From Mobula hypostoma (lineage: Eukaryota): a stretch of 64,000 bases of DNA. A program made the translations under genes and the position numbers. How positions within the stretch are numbered: position 1 is the stretch's first letter; each line of letters begins with the position of its first letter. The DNA is taken from the NCBI RefSeq assembly GCF_963921235.1, contig NC_086097.1:189350001-189414000 (forward strand), read 5' to 3'. Shown piece after piece: positions 12,899 to 25,744 of the stretch. The notes under the pieces are model-generated. The model did not search any database. It saw only the letters and a program-made list of their open reading frames with translations, and had not been told where the DNA came from.

Positions 12899-15538
12899 AT
12901 TTGCTAATCTACAATAAAACAAAACAGGCTTACGTAAAATAAGATTGCAAGACAACTTAGGAGCAAGAAATGAATTTTATGGCCTAAGATCATCTTCAGA
13001 AAGGACAGTAATAATGTTTCATGACATAAGCAAAGAAAAGAACATCAATTGTAACTGATTTTTGTGTTGCTTCCCATGTTATGGGTCCACAAAGAAAACA
13101 ATTGTATCCTCTACGGAAGCTGCAAAGTTATTACACACAAAGCTTGTTTGTTTTTTTTAAACTAATTGCATTTGAAGAAGCCAGAGATATTCGCAAGAGT
13201 AGCGGAAAATCCAGGGAAATAATTGTAGGATATGGATGTGGCCAAGTGAGAAAGTTGGAAGTCAGAACCACAACAATTGGCTAACTATTGTAACTTCTCA
13301 AACTTACTATCTTTCTTTATTCATATTTCTTTGCCTTTTCATTTTGCTTCCTCCATTATACCAGCTTAAGGAGATCCCAATAAGGCTTGCTAAAGACAAA
13401 ACGCCCCTAGGATGATGAACAGGAAGAAGGGTTCATGGTGCCAGCTGTTACCATCTGTCTCAATATTGTTTGTTCCTGCTGTGTTAAGAGTATAGTGCTA
13501 TAGTCAGAGAGTATTTAGTTAATATAAGAATCATTGATATAACATAACTGCATAGTTGACGTGTTCTAGTCAGGCACGGATACCTAGTAAAAGTAATCAT
13601 TCTTATCAATATAATAAGGTCTCCAACACTTTAAAATCTAACACTGTTCAAACTGCCTTTGTTTTCTCTACATTACATTGTTTCTTCCTAATTAAACACA
13701 TTTGGAGTGTACATTATTTGATGCTATCCTGAGAAGGACATGAAATATGCTTTTAACTAGGACTCTTTCCTTTCAAGATTGATAGTGCTTAGCAATGCAT
13801 CAGTTTGTTATGGAGGTCACATTTTCACTTTTTTTTCAGTCATTATGTAGCTGTTTCTATTACCATTCAGGATATTGGTACCAAGCAGCGTCCAGACTAA
13901 AACGCTAAAAAGTTCAAATATTACTTAATGAATGGTAATGATCTTACTGAAGTTAAGCTAGTGGTAGCAATTGTCCATTTATTTGTTAGATAGTAAGGTA
14001 AGCTTCAACAATTCCTTGAAGGTTTAGAGAATTGGTTACAAGTTGTGAATATCAAACAAGAAGCATATCTTAAATCCTTCTAATCATAAAAATGTAAGAA
14101 TTAAAAGTATTTAATTACTTTATGAATCAAAGTTGGAAAGAATCTGAATCAAAATCAGATATAATTAAAAACATACAGCAGGGCAATTAGCATCTCTAAG
14201 ACGACAAACTACAATGCAGGTATTAAGTCAGTACTGAAAGCTGGAAGATAAGCAAAGCAAAGCAAAGCAAAATGTTCATTAAATGAAATAGCCTACTAGT
14301 TCCTAAAACAAAAAATAATACACTGACTGGAGACCAGCCAACACATGACCATTCTCTTGGATATAAAAATGTTTGCACGCACGATCTTTGTTAAAAATGT
14401 TAATCACAAATAATATGACTAGTTAGCATACAAAACAGAGCTTTGGGAAATACTCAGCCTAAATAATCAATATTCAGCAATGTGCCTGCTTTTTGTCCAA
14501 ACGTTCTCTCAAGGGACAAGTTTCCCGATGAGTGCCTCTTACTATTCTTTACTCTCTGAACTGAACTTCACCACCCAATTTTAGATGGAGATAACACTGA
14601 ACAAATAGAGTAGACAAAAATCACAGGGACCACAAACATGAACTGGTCACTCAATCCTTTGATCCAATTTTGGTAATATTGATTGAGAATTTAATTTTGG
14701 GCAGAATACTGAGGTAAGTTTATTAAATGTCAGGAATAGCACCATGATTTTTTTAAATAATCATTTTAACAAACATTCTTTTAACCATTCACTCAAAGCA
14801 ATCCATGCATCCTTGAGTACATACAAGTCTTGTGTAAATGACAGGTGTGCACTACTTTACAAAGTACTCACCTGTCTGTTCCTGCTCCATCTGTGAAAGA
14901 GCTGCAGTTACCACAATGAAGCCACCACCTATCTCAAGAGACTATCTAAGAAAGAAACAAGTACCTTCACGACACAGACCGCATTGGTTGAAGGCCATGG
15001 TCTTCTCAAGGGCAAATTAGGATATACAATAACAGATGGGTATGGTAACAAACAGTCATAGCCTATAGATAAAATATTCCTGCTATGCTTCCAGCTAAAT
15101 ACAACAATGAACCTTTCCAAAGTTAATGCAAATGTAAAAATTATTTTTGTCATTAACAGGCAGATCATTCTAAAGCTGGAAATATTTGCAAACATAGCAT
15201 TTAGCACAGCATGTTCAACTAAAGGAACAGTTTGTTCTTTCTTTGTATTTTTATAGTTATCTTTCTGAAACTTAGATATGCATATCACCTTTCGTGAACA
15301 CAAAATAAATTGACAAAAGTCACTGCACAAGGTATTCAGAGGATGTGTTGACAACAAAATTAAACTATGTGATATCCAAATTTTATGCAATGAGAACCAC
15401 AAGTTTCCAATATATATTACCCACAGTATGCGTACATGTGGTACGAAGAGTTGAAGCTATTAGCTGTCGTGCTGAAAATATGCCAGATAAGCAGATTATG
15501 ATAAATGATTGTGGTGGAAGGAGTAAACGTTTAAGGGT

Positions 15539-15716
15539 CACACATAAAAAAATGCTGGTGAACGCAGCAGACCAGGCAGCATCTATAGGAGGAGGTACAG
15601 TCGACGTTTTGGGTCTGTACCTCTTCCTATAGATGCTGCCTGGTCTGCTGCATTCATCAGCATTTTTTATGTGTGTTGCTTGAATTTCCAGCATCTGCAG
15701 ATTTCCTCGTGTAAGT
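15539..15716. mobile_element. Palindromic non-coding Penelope pLTR insertion (ribozyme mostly deleted)
   Basis: TSD GTTTAAGGGT at 15529-15538 and 15717-15726; inverted arms of about 60 bp. Confidence 0.85.
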
Positions 15717-16424
15717 GTTTAAGGGTGACAGGTGAGGTTAACAATCAAATGGAGTAACTGTTACTTGAATATTATCAGGTTTCTCCATTATTGTTGCAGC
15801 AGCATCTATCCAGGCAAGTGGAGAGCATTCCATCGCACTGCTGACTTTTGCTTTATGGATAGTGAAAATACTTTGGAGAATTAGGTGATTCCCTTGCCAT
15901 AAGAAATCTATACTTATAGCCACTCTGTAGCTTGTCTAGCTTACCATTCTATCGAATGGTGATTAGTGGCAGTGCTGCTGTGGCGAAGTGCGGTGGTGGT
16001 GGAGGAAGAGACGTGAAAAGAATGTGATTAAACAGCAACAGGTGGTGGCTAAGATCTTTCACATGGGAGATCATGAGTCCATGCCCAAATATTGTCCAGG
16101 TATTGCTATATGTAGTTGCTTCATTATATGATTTTCAAATAGAATTAGTGTGCAAACAGTAACAAACATCCCCTTTTTTGACTTTAATACTTATGAAAGG
16201 CAAGTCAATGTTATAAACTATTTAATTGAAAGCACAAATTTAAAAAAATTCTTTAATTTATTGGTGTTTCAGTTCTAAGTGTAGTTTAAAATAAGATATA
16301 ACTGACTGAATTACCAGTCTCCATTTATTAGTTTATGATAGCTTCAGGCATGGGTAATTACCAAGAACAGTTTTATTCAATTATGTAAATGAAAATCAAC
16401 CTTGTAATCATAATTTCTCCATAC

Positions 16425-16564
16425 CTGTGCTCTTGCTCTCTGCAAGTGAGAAGCTCCTGCAGTTGCTGCACTTTTTCTTTTTGTTGACGGAGGGAGACCT
16501 GTAGTAACTCTACTTCTTTCTGGGCTGCTGAAGCTTTCAGTTCCGCTTCTTGAATTCGTTTCAT
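16425..16564 (-). CDS. LRRCC1: LRRCC1 coiled-coil exon
   Basis: gtgcag|ATG acceptor and AG|gtatg donor; 140 nt, phase 0 to 2. Encodes MKRIQEAELKASAAQKEVELLQVSL...EQEHR, matching the recalled LRRCC1 segment IQEVELKASAA...EQEHR. Confidence 0.93.
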
Positions 16565-17229
16565 CTGCACACAATAATCATCACGCCCATTAAGGGTGTA
16601 CAATGAATCAAGGTCAAGTTGCATCAAGTAACCCCAAAGGTTTATTAATAATTTAATTAGCCATCCACGACTGGCATCAAGTGCTCTGCATATCATGCAG
16701 AGGTGGCAATGGCACCAAATACATTTTTCAGCTTGAGAACTGTAGGACAAAATGGCTAAGGACCTTTATTTATAAAACATAACTAGAAGAACATTTGGTA
16801 TTTCAATAAGATCAGATAGCATCACCTCCTCAAACTAACTTAGTATCATTTAATTCTCCGAATATCCAAAGATCTAATGCCATCTTGATATACTCAGCAA
16901 GTGAGTTTCCACAACCTTATTCAGTGGAGAATCCCAAAGACTTTATCCTTTGGATGAAGAAATATTTATCTCAAGAGCTAAAAAGCAAATCTCTTATTTT
17001 GAAGCTGTAACCCATGGATCTGAACACTTCAACCAGGGAAATACCATTCCTGCCATTTATCCGGCAAAATAATTCTTCTGAACTTGAATATAGACCCAAT
17101 CTGCTTAATCATCCCTCACATATTAAACTTGCAGTCCTTGCAATCCATCTCTTGTAAGAAAGATGGAAATCAGATCCAGACACAATATTTTAGATACATC
17201 CTCAGAGCCCTACATAATTGCAGTGAGAT

Positions 17230-18680
17230 GTTTTAAAGTTTAAAGTAAATTTATTATCAAAGTACGTATGTATTGTCACCATATCTTGAGATTCAATTTT
17301 GTGCAAGTATTCACAGTAGAACAAAAGAATACAAAGAGTTAATGGAAAACTACACAGAAATGAGAATGAGAAACAACCAATGTGCAAAATTAAACAAACT
17401 AAGCAAATATAGTAATAATAAATTAATTAAATAAAACTGAAAACACAAGTTGTAGAATCCTTGAAAGTCAGTCCACAGGTTGTGGATTCAGTTCAGAGTT
17501 GAGGTGAGTGAAGTTATCCACACTGATTCAGCAGCCTGATGGTTGAAAGGTAATAATTGTTCCTGAACCTGGTGGCGAGAGACCTGAGGCTCTTGTACCT
17601 TTTTCTTGATAGCAGTTGCAAGAAGAGAGCATGGCCTGGAAGGTGGGGGCTCTTGATGATGGATGCTGCTCTCTTGTGGCAGCACTTCTTGTACATGTCC
17701 TCAATGGTGGGGAGGGCTTTTCCTGTGTGGGACTGAGCTGTATCCACCACTTTCCATCCTTGGGTATTGACGTTTCCATACCAGGGCGTGGTACAACCTG
17801 TTAGGATACTCTCCATTGTACAACTAATAAAATTTGTCAGTGTTTTAGATGACAAGGCAAATCTGCACAAACTTCTGTGCCTTCTTTGTGATGGAACTTG
17901 CGTGCTGGTCCCCAGACGGATCCCCGGATATTATAATGCCAAAGAATTTAAAGTTACTGATCTTCTCCACCTCTGATCCCCTAATGAGTATTCTTCCTCC
18001 TGGTTTTGAGTGAAAGGCTCTTGTTTTGTCGCCACACAACCAGACTTTAAATCTCACTCCTGCATGATGATTTATTTCCTCCTTTGATTCAGCAACAACA
18101 GTGATATTGTCAGCAAACTTACATATGGCATTGTACTTAGCCACCAGGTTATGGGTATCAAGCAAGTAGAGCAAGGGACTAAGCACACAGCTTTGTGGTG
18201 CACCTGTGCTGATGATGAGATGTTATTGCCCATCTTTACTGACTGGGGTCTGCAAGTGAGGAAACCAAGGATCCAGTTGCATGGGCAGGTATCGTGCCTT
18301 AAGTCTTGGAGCTTCGTGATTAGTTTTGAGGGGATGATAATCTTGAATGCTGAGCTGTAGTCAATGAAGAGCAACCTGATATTTGTACCTTCATTGTCCA
18401 GATGTTCCAGAGCTGAGTGCAGAACCAGTAAAATGGCATCTACTGCTGACTTGTTGTGACAGTAGACAAACTGGAGTTGATCCAAATCATTCCACAGGCA
18501 GGAGTTGATTGGCTTCAAGGCCAACCTCTCAAAGCACTTCATCAAGGTGGATGCAAGTGCTACTGAAAGATACTCATTGAGACAGGCTACCTCATTCTTC
18601 TTGGGCACTGGTATGATTGAAGCCTGTTTGAAGCAGGTGAGTACCTCAGACTGCCAAAACGAGAGCTAGAAGATGTCAGT
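17230..18680 (-). mobile_element. Rex1/Babar LINE 3' part
   Basis: MKCFERL, LDQLQFVY, RLLFIDYSSAF, CKFADNITVV and HPGHALF-like C-terminal motifs. Confidence 0.85.
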
Positions 18681-19689
18681 AAATCCTTGATACTAGCACT
18701 CAAGTCCTCTTCTAATAAGTCAACACACTGTGCAATTTCCTAATGGCTTGCAGATTGTGCACGTTAACTTTCATTGATTTATGTACAAGGACATCAAGGT
18801 CCCTCTGAAAACCTGTCAGTCTCAACAGTTTAAAAATAGTCATGCTTTTCTAACCAAGGATGACCTCATTTTCTCCCCCACATTACATTCCATCAGCCAC
18901 ACATCCAATTATTTGGACTGTAGGTCTCCTTGAACCTCCCCTGTTTCATTTTCTCAACTCATAATACATCTAGCTTTGTATCACTAGCAAGTCTGGTACA
19001 GCAGATAAAATGTGGCTGCTGTCAACAATACTTTAAAAACTGCTTCTGCATGCATGTAGGATGAGTGGACAGAAAGCCAACAAGGGGAGGAAGTATCAGT
19101 TGGAGGATAACTACCAGGGAGAATGGGGACCACAAGGTTGTGCTGGAGGGACTCAGTCTGGAACCTTTTAAGTCTCACTGAAATCTGTTATGAAAGCCTG
19201 CTTCCAGATAAATGACTGGTATAGCCGACAAAATCCACAAATGTAACTGAATCTTGCAGGAAAAGTATTCAACTACATTTCACATCCAATGGCACTAATA
19301 TTTCTAGGAACCTCCGTGTAAAGGCACATCATTAATAGATATCCTGAGCAAATTGGTGTGGTTTACCCAAGATGCAGAAAACACTGCAAGAAGTTTCGTG
19401 ATTGAATTCCACTATGTACTGACAAAACTGCTGATCTATTGTTCAGAATTTCTAGCTCATTATTTTTTTAAACAAGGCAATAAACAGAGTGGTCAAAAAT
19501 ATTTCACAGCACTGGAGAAAAACCCAAAGTCTTTGCAGTGTCCTGGTCAGTTTTTCATCTCTCGACCAACTCCAATTAAACTCAGATGTCAATACCTTAT
19601 TGTTCTTTCAGTGAAAATTAATAACTGCATCAGGAGTTGCATTAGTTAAGTTCCTACAGCACAGAAGGTCTACGCTTGCCAGTTCCCAT

Positions 19690-19830
19690 CAGTTCCACTT
19701 TCCTTCTTATTTTCAACTCCCATGGTGAAAAGAATATGCAAACTCCACATAGGCAACATCTGATAAAAACCAAACCCTTGTTGCTATGAGTAGCGGCAGT
19801 AGCTCTAACTGCTGTGCCAGCAGGCTGCCT
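19690..19830 (-). mobile_element. Degenerate V-SINE/HE1-like SINE fragment
   Basis: AAGAATATGCAAACTCCACATAGGCA resembles the V-SINE core in reverse. Confidence 0.45.
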
Positions 19831-20413
19831 CAAATGACCTACAGTTAATTGGATAAAGTGTTTGGGACTTTTCCACAACCTCAAAGATACTGTTTAAAAG
19901 CATACATTTCCTTCTCTCCAGGCTGCCAGTTATCACCTTCACCCACATATTAACCTTCATCCCTTCTGTCGGATTTCTGAAAAGACAATGAACTACTTTG
20001 TTATTCCTTTCTGCTTGCACTATTTTGTAACTTATAATAATTTTGCCTTTGCTCTAACCTGCTGCAACAAATTTCATATCATCCAATTAAGTGATAATAA
20101 ATCTGATTTTAATTCTCCACTGAACACTGGAGGAACCTGGAGCTGAAATGCAAGCCCGGTCTTTTTCATCTTGGATCTATACGAGCTACACAAGACACGC
20201 AAAATAGTACGGCTGACGAGCACTTTCGATTGAAGCAGATCACAGCTGCCCAAACATAAGGTGGATATTATTGGCCACATCTGTCCAAAGGCAATAAATG
20301 AAATGGTTTCAACGCAAACAACAGGAATTCTGCAGATGCTGGAAATTCAAGCAACACACATCAAAGTTGCTGGTGAACGCAGCAGGCCAGGCAGCATCTC
20401 TAGGAAGAGTTGC

Positions 20414-20449
20414 AGTCGACGTTTCAGGCCGAGACCCTTCGTCAGGACT
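20414..20449 (-). ncRNA. Minimal type I hammerhead ribozyme motif
   Basis: Reverse complement AGTC-CTGACGA-AGGGTCTCGGCCT-GAAAC-GTC-GACT. Confidence 0.8.
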
Positions 20450-22415
20450 AACTGAAGGAAGAGTGAGTAAGGGATTTGAAAGTTGGAGGGGGAGGGGGAG
20501 ATCCAAAATGATAGGAGAAGGCAGAAGGGGGAGGGATGGATCCAAGAGCTGGACAGGTGATAGGCAAAAGGGGATACGAGAGGATCATGGGACAGGAGAT
20601 CTGCGAAGAAAGACAAGGGGGGGGGAACCTAGAGGATGGGCAAGAGGTATATTCAGAGGGACAGAGGGAGAAAAAGGAGAGTGAGAGAAAGAATGTGTGC
20701 ATAAAGATAAGTAACAGATGGGGTACGAGGGGGAGGTGGGGCCTTAGCGGAAGTTAGAGAAGTCGATGTTCATGCCATCAGGTTGGAGGCTACCCAGACG
20801 GAATGTAAGGTGTTGTTCCTCCAAACGCCATCCCCTTCTCGCAATTCCTCCGTCTCCGCCGCATCTGCTCTCAGGATGAGGCTTTTCACTCTAGGACGAG
20901 GGAGATGTCTTCCTTTTTTAAAGAAAGGGGCTTCCCTTCCTCCACTATCAACTCTGCTCTTAAACGCATCTCCCCCATTTCACATACATCTGCTCTCACT
21001 CCATCCTCCCGCCACCCCACTAGGAATAGGGTTCCCCTGGTGCTCACCTACCACCCCACCAGCCTCCAGGTCCAACATATTATTCTCTGTAACTTCCGCC
21101 ACCTCCAACGGGATCCCACCACTAAGCACATCTATCCCTCCCCCCCCCCGTATTCCGCAGGGATCGCTCCCTACACAACTCCCTTGTCCATTCGTCCCCC
21201 CCCATCCCTCCCCACTGATCTCCCTCCTGGCACTTATCCGTGTAAGCGGAACAAGTGCTACACATGCCCTTACACTTCCTCCCTTACCACCATTCAGGGC
21301 CCCAAACAGTCCTTCCAGGTGAGGCAACACTTCACCTGTGAGTCGACTGGGGTGATATACTGCGTCCGGTGCTCCTGATGTGGCCTTTTATATATTGGCG
21401 AGACCCGACGCAGACTGGGAGACCGCTTTGCTGAACATCCACGCTCTGTCTGCCAGAGAAAGCAGGATCTCCCAGTGGCCACACATTTTAAGTCCACATC
21501 CCATTCCCATTCTGACATGTCTATCCACGGCCTCCTCTACTGTAAAGATGAAGCCACACTCAGGTTGTAGGAACAACACCTTATATTCCGCAACACACAT
21601 CGAAGTTGCTGGTGAATGCAGCAGGCCAGGCAGCATCTGTAGGAAGAGGTACAGTTGACGTCTCAGGCCGAGACCCTTCGTCAGGACTAACTGAAGGAAG
21701 AGTGAGTAAGGGATTTGAAAGTTGGAGGGGGAGGGGGAGATCCAAAATGATAGGACAAGACAGGAGGGGGAGGGATAGAGCCAAGAGCTGGACAGGTGAT
21801 AGGCAAAAGGGGATACGAGAGGATCATGGGACAGGAGGTCCGGGAAGAAAGACAAGGGGGGGGGGACCCAGAGGATGGGCAAGAGGTACATTCAGAGGGA
21901 CAGAGGGAGAAAAAGGAGAGTGAGAGAAAGAATGTGTGCATAAAATAAGTAACAGATGGGGTACGAGGGGGAGGTGGGGCCTTAGCGGAAGTTAGAGAAG
22001 TCAATGTTCATGCCATCAGGTTGGAGGCTACCCAGACGGAATATAAGGTGTTGTTCCTCCAACCTTATATTCCGTCTGGGTAGCCTCCAACCTGATGGCA
22101 TGAACATCGACTTCTCTAACTTCCGCTAAGGTCCCACCGCCCCCTCGTACCCCATGTTACTTATTTTTACGCACACATTCTTTCTCTCACTCTCCTTTTT
22201 CTCCCTCTGTCCCTCTGAATATACCTCTTGCCCATCCTCTGGGTTCCCCCCCCCTTGTCTTTCTTCCCGGACCTCCTGTCCCATGATCCTCTCGTATCCC
22301 CTTTTGCCTATCACCTGTCCAGCTCTTGGCTCCATCCCTCCCCCTCCTGTCTTCTCCTATCATTTTGGATCTCCCCCTCCAACTTTCAAATCCCTTACTC
22401 ACTCTGCCTTCAGTT

Positions 22416-22451
22416 AGTCCTGACGAAGGGTCTCGGCCTGAAACGTCGACT
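22416..22451 (+). ncRNA. Minimal type I hammerhead ribozyme motif
   Basis: AGTCCTGACGAAGGGTCTCGGCCTGAAACGTCGACT. Confidence 0.8.
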
Positions 22452-23489
22452 GCACCTCTTCCTATAGATGCTGCTTGGCCTGCTGCGTTCACCAGCAACT
22501 TTGATGTGTGTTGGTTAAATGAAATGGTTTGTTCTTTGAACAACAACTTGACAAATATATTAAATACAGTGGGCCCAATTAGGGTTAAAAAGAAATCACT
22601 TAGTTAAATGTTGCCATGGTTAAACAATTCTGTCTGCAAGAGATCATGCAGAGTAGCCGCAAGAAAATAGGGAAAGAAATGGGCTAGAAGTCCTCCGTAA
22701 TATTTTCACAGAAAATCTCGCTTTCTTTAATACTACTATAGCTCTACAAGAAGAGCCTATTTTTCCAATATTACATAGAATAGTAATAGAAAAAAATTGT
22801 TCTCAACTATAGACCAGCTGTTGAACCCTGCCCCAACCTATAATGTCCACAGTCAAGCGTCTGCCACAAAATGTGAGGAATTTGCAATATTTTTTATTCA
22901 ACACAACTACTTCCATTAGAGAGAGTATAGCTCCAGATACTGGTAACCTCTACAGCCAATTTCGTAAAAAGATCTCACAACCATGTTAAAATTCACAGGT
23001 ATTTCCGATGCAGAATTCTGTAAGATTGTAAACTGTCTACCAACACATCCTTTGAATCTGCTGTTTTTTCCCAGATGCCTTCAAAATTGTAGCTGTCAAA
23101 CTCTACTTAAAAACCCAAACCTTGACAGAAGTATCACTTAAATATATGCCCATATCAAATCTTCCCTTCCTGGGTAAGAACCTTACCCAGGAAGGGAAGT
23201 AATTTTCAACCAACTCAACAACTTTCTGAATGACACCAATATTCTAGAAAAGTTTCAGTTACATTTTAAAGCAAACCACAGAACAGAGATAGCCCTTACC
23301 AAAGTTGTCAGCTACCTTAGGCTCAACACTGAGGCCAACAGGGTCTCAGTTCTAACTCTCGTAGATTTAAGTGCTGACAATAGACCTCAAATCTGGCTGT
23401 TATCCTGAAGTAAGATTTGAACTTTAATTCCCACATAAAAAAGTGACCAGAGCAGCATTTCTACACTTCAGAAACCCATAATTTCTTGA

Positions 23490-24130
23490 AAGTAGTATCA
23501 CAGGTAGATAGGATCGTAAAGAGCGCTTTTGGCACAATGCCTTCATTAATTAAAGTACTGAGTACAGGAGTTGAGATCTTATGTTGAAGTTGTATAAGAC
23601 ATTGATGAAGCCTAATTTGGATTATTGTGTGCAGTTCTGATCTTCTATCTACTGGAAAGATATCAATAAGATTGAAAGAGAGCAGATAAAATTTACAAGG
23701 ATGTTGTCAAGTCTTGAAGACCTGAGTTGTAGGTTAGGGTTTTATTCCCTACAGCATAGGAAAACGACAGGAGATTTGACAGGGGTATACAAAATTATGT
23801 GGAATAGAGTAAAAGTAAGCAGGTTTTTTCCACTGAGGTTGGGTGAGACTTGAACTAGAGGTTATGGGTTAATGGTGATAGGTGAAATGTTTAAGGGGAA
23901 TATGAGGGGGAACTACTTCCATCAGAGGGTGGTGAATGTGTGGAGTGAACTACCAGCAGATACAGGTTCAATTGCACCATTTAATAGAAATTTATATAGG
24001 TACATGGATGTGAGAGGTGTGGAGGGCTATGGTCTAGGTGCAGATAGATGGGACGAGGCAGATTAATAGTCCATCACAGACCAGATGGGCTGAAGGATCT
24101 GTCTCTGTGCTGTAGTGTTCTATGACTCTC
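23490..24130 (+). mobile_element. CR1 3' fragment nested in the L2
   Basis: MLKLYKTLMKPNLDYCVQF and QRVVNVWSELP; tail ending CTATGACTCT. Confidence 0.85.
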
Positions 24131-25744
24131 AATATTGCAAAGGCACGTGCATCTGCTTCTGTCACATCATGATGCTGGTAAAGCTAATTCATGTCTATAT
24201 ACTGAATCAACAAGATTACTGGCCTTACAAAGCAATCTATTGACAAACTTCAACTCATTCAGAATGCCGCTGCTGGACTCGTAACTAAAACCAGGATCTT
24301 ACTCTGCATTGGCTTCCTGTATCTTTTAGAACTGATTTTAAAGTTATTTTACTTATTTTTAAAGCTCTCATGGCCTGGGACAGTAACATGTCACAGAATC
24401 GCTTTTGTTTTATAATCCTGCTTGAGCTGTCAAGGTCTTCTTCTGCCATCTCCTAAATTTAAACAATCAAAAGCTAATTTTTTGACTGTTCTGCTAAAGT
24501 GTGGAATTTAATAGCCAAAACAATAAGTGATGCAGACAATTGATACTTGTAAATGCCACCCCAAAACCTATTTATTTGATCTTGCTTTAAATACCATCTT
24601 TTTGTCTTTTATTTTCATTTTTGTTTTCATTTCTTTTTTTATTTCATGTTTGCACTTTATCCCATTGTAAATCACTCTGAACTATGTTGTGTGAAAAGTG
24701 CTCTATAAATGTTATTAAGAAGTTTTACATAACCAGCTGTTCAAGCCTAGATCCTGTGAACAACTGAGACAATCATTGCTGCCCATGGTAATTGAAGGGG
24801 AGCAGGAAATCAGAAGTGGGTTCTCTCACTACCCAAGTTCAATTACCACATACATTTGGTCATCCTAAGCTGTTTCTCAAACAACTTTGACTCAATGGTG
24901 TGCTGGATTTTTTAATATTTGAAATTGTTTTTAAATATGGAAACTGTAATGCTGATGGATTTTTGAGAATTGAACAATACCATTGAAGACATTTTCAGTT
25001 AAAGTAGGGTATTTTCAGTTTAGGGAAAAAATAAATTGCATAAAAAATTGTACCACTGAGAACTTTATAAATGACTCACATTTAGCTCCTAACCTGCTTC
25101 ATAGTAACATCTGTGAAGAGGAGAAAACAGAATACATTTCCAACATCCACAGATCTTTTATATAAATTGCATCGCTTTGTTACAACTGGAGCACTACCAT
25201 CCACAATGGCTTCATTTGCTACAATTGAACCAGTTTATTTTTTGTTGCTGCATCTTATTGACTAAATGCTTTTTGAATGGTTTGCTATTGAGAAGTTTAC
25301 GCACCTATACTCTTATTCTTCCCTACTAAATGTGTTATGTGTTATGTTTCACTATTTTATTAAAAGAGATATGTTTGTTGCAATCAGGTCTGCAGTTTTT
25401 GGTGCTTGTAAAGAAAGCAAACTTCAGCATACTTATTTCAAACTTTCTAAAGTAGTTCATTCAAATAGGAGATGATGGTGGGATGCTTCTGAAAATGAAT
25501 TGGAGGCCAGTGATCCCAGTAACCAAACCAGTAGTGATTCTCTATCACTCTATTCCAAATGGTCACCTCATTTTGGCCCAGATACTGTATGAAGGGATCC
25601 TAACTCACTGTATCGCTACATATCAAATTGGTGCATGTTACATTTGCTAAAATACCTCATTTTAATTTGCACTAAAATATGTTACTCATATATACAAACT
25701 CATCTACCACTCATTTACAAGTCCAGTCAATGTCCTCCTGTAGT

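Larger units (their letters stand above)
20310..22515. mobile_element. Young Neptune-type Penelope-like element: composite of three pLTRs plus an RT C-terminus/GIY-YIG fragment
   Basis: 15-bp TSD TAAATGAAATGGTTT at 20295-20309 and 22516-22530. Protein motifs CKRNKCYTC and GVIYCVRCS*CGLLYIGET. Confidence 0.92.
20270..24715 (+). mobile_element. Old L2-type LINE interrupted by a PLE and a CR1
   Basis: PISNLPFLG, HRTEIALTKV, VDLSA, LQLIQNAAA and LHWLPV fragments; L2-like 3' end TGTAAATCACTCTGAAC...AAGTGCTCTATAAAT. Confidence 0.75.

Noticed and set aside
14929..15402. 157-aa ORF in an AT-rich intron
   Set aside because: No recognisable domain, and the LRRCC1 frame already joins 16425 to 12731 without it.
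20298..20757. Recurrent ORFs such as MLVNAAGQAAS...DVSGRDPSSG (also at 11371, 21606, 29967, 31634, 37327, 57511)
   Set aside because: These are incidental frames across the non-coding PLE pLTR, not a protein family.
21653..21688. Hammerhead copy
   Set aside because: The core GAAA is mutated to GAGA, so it is predicted inactive and not listed as a ribozyme feature.
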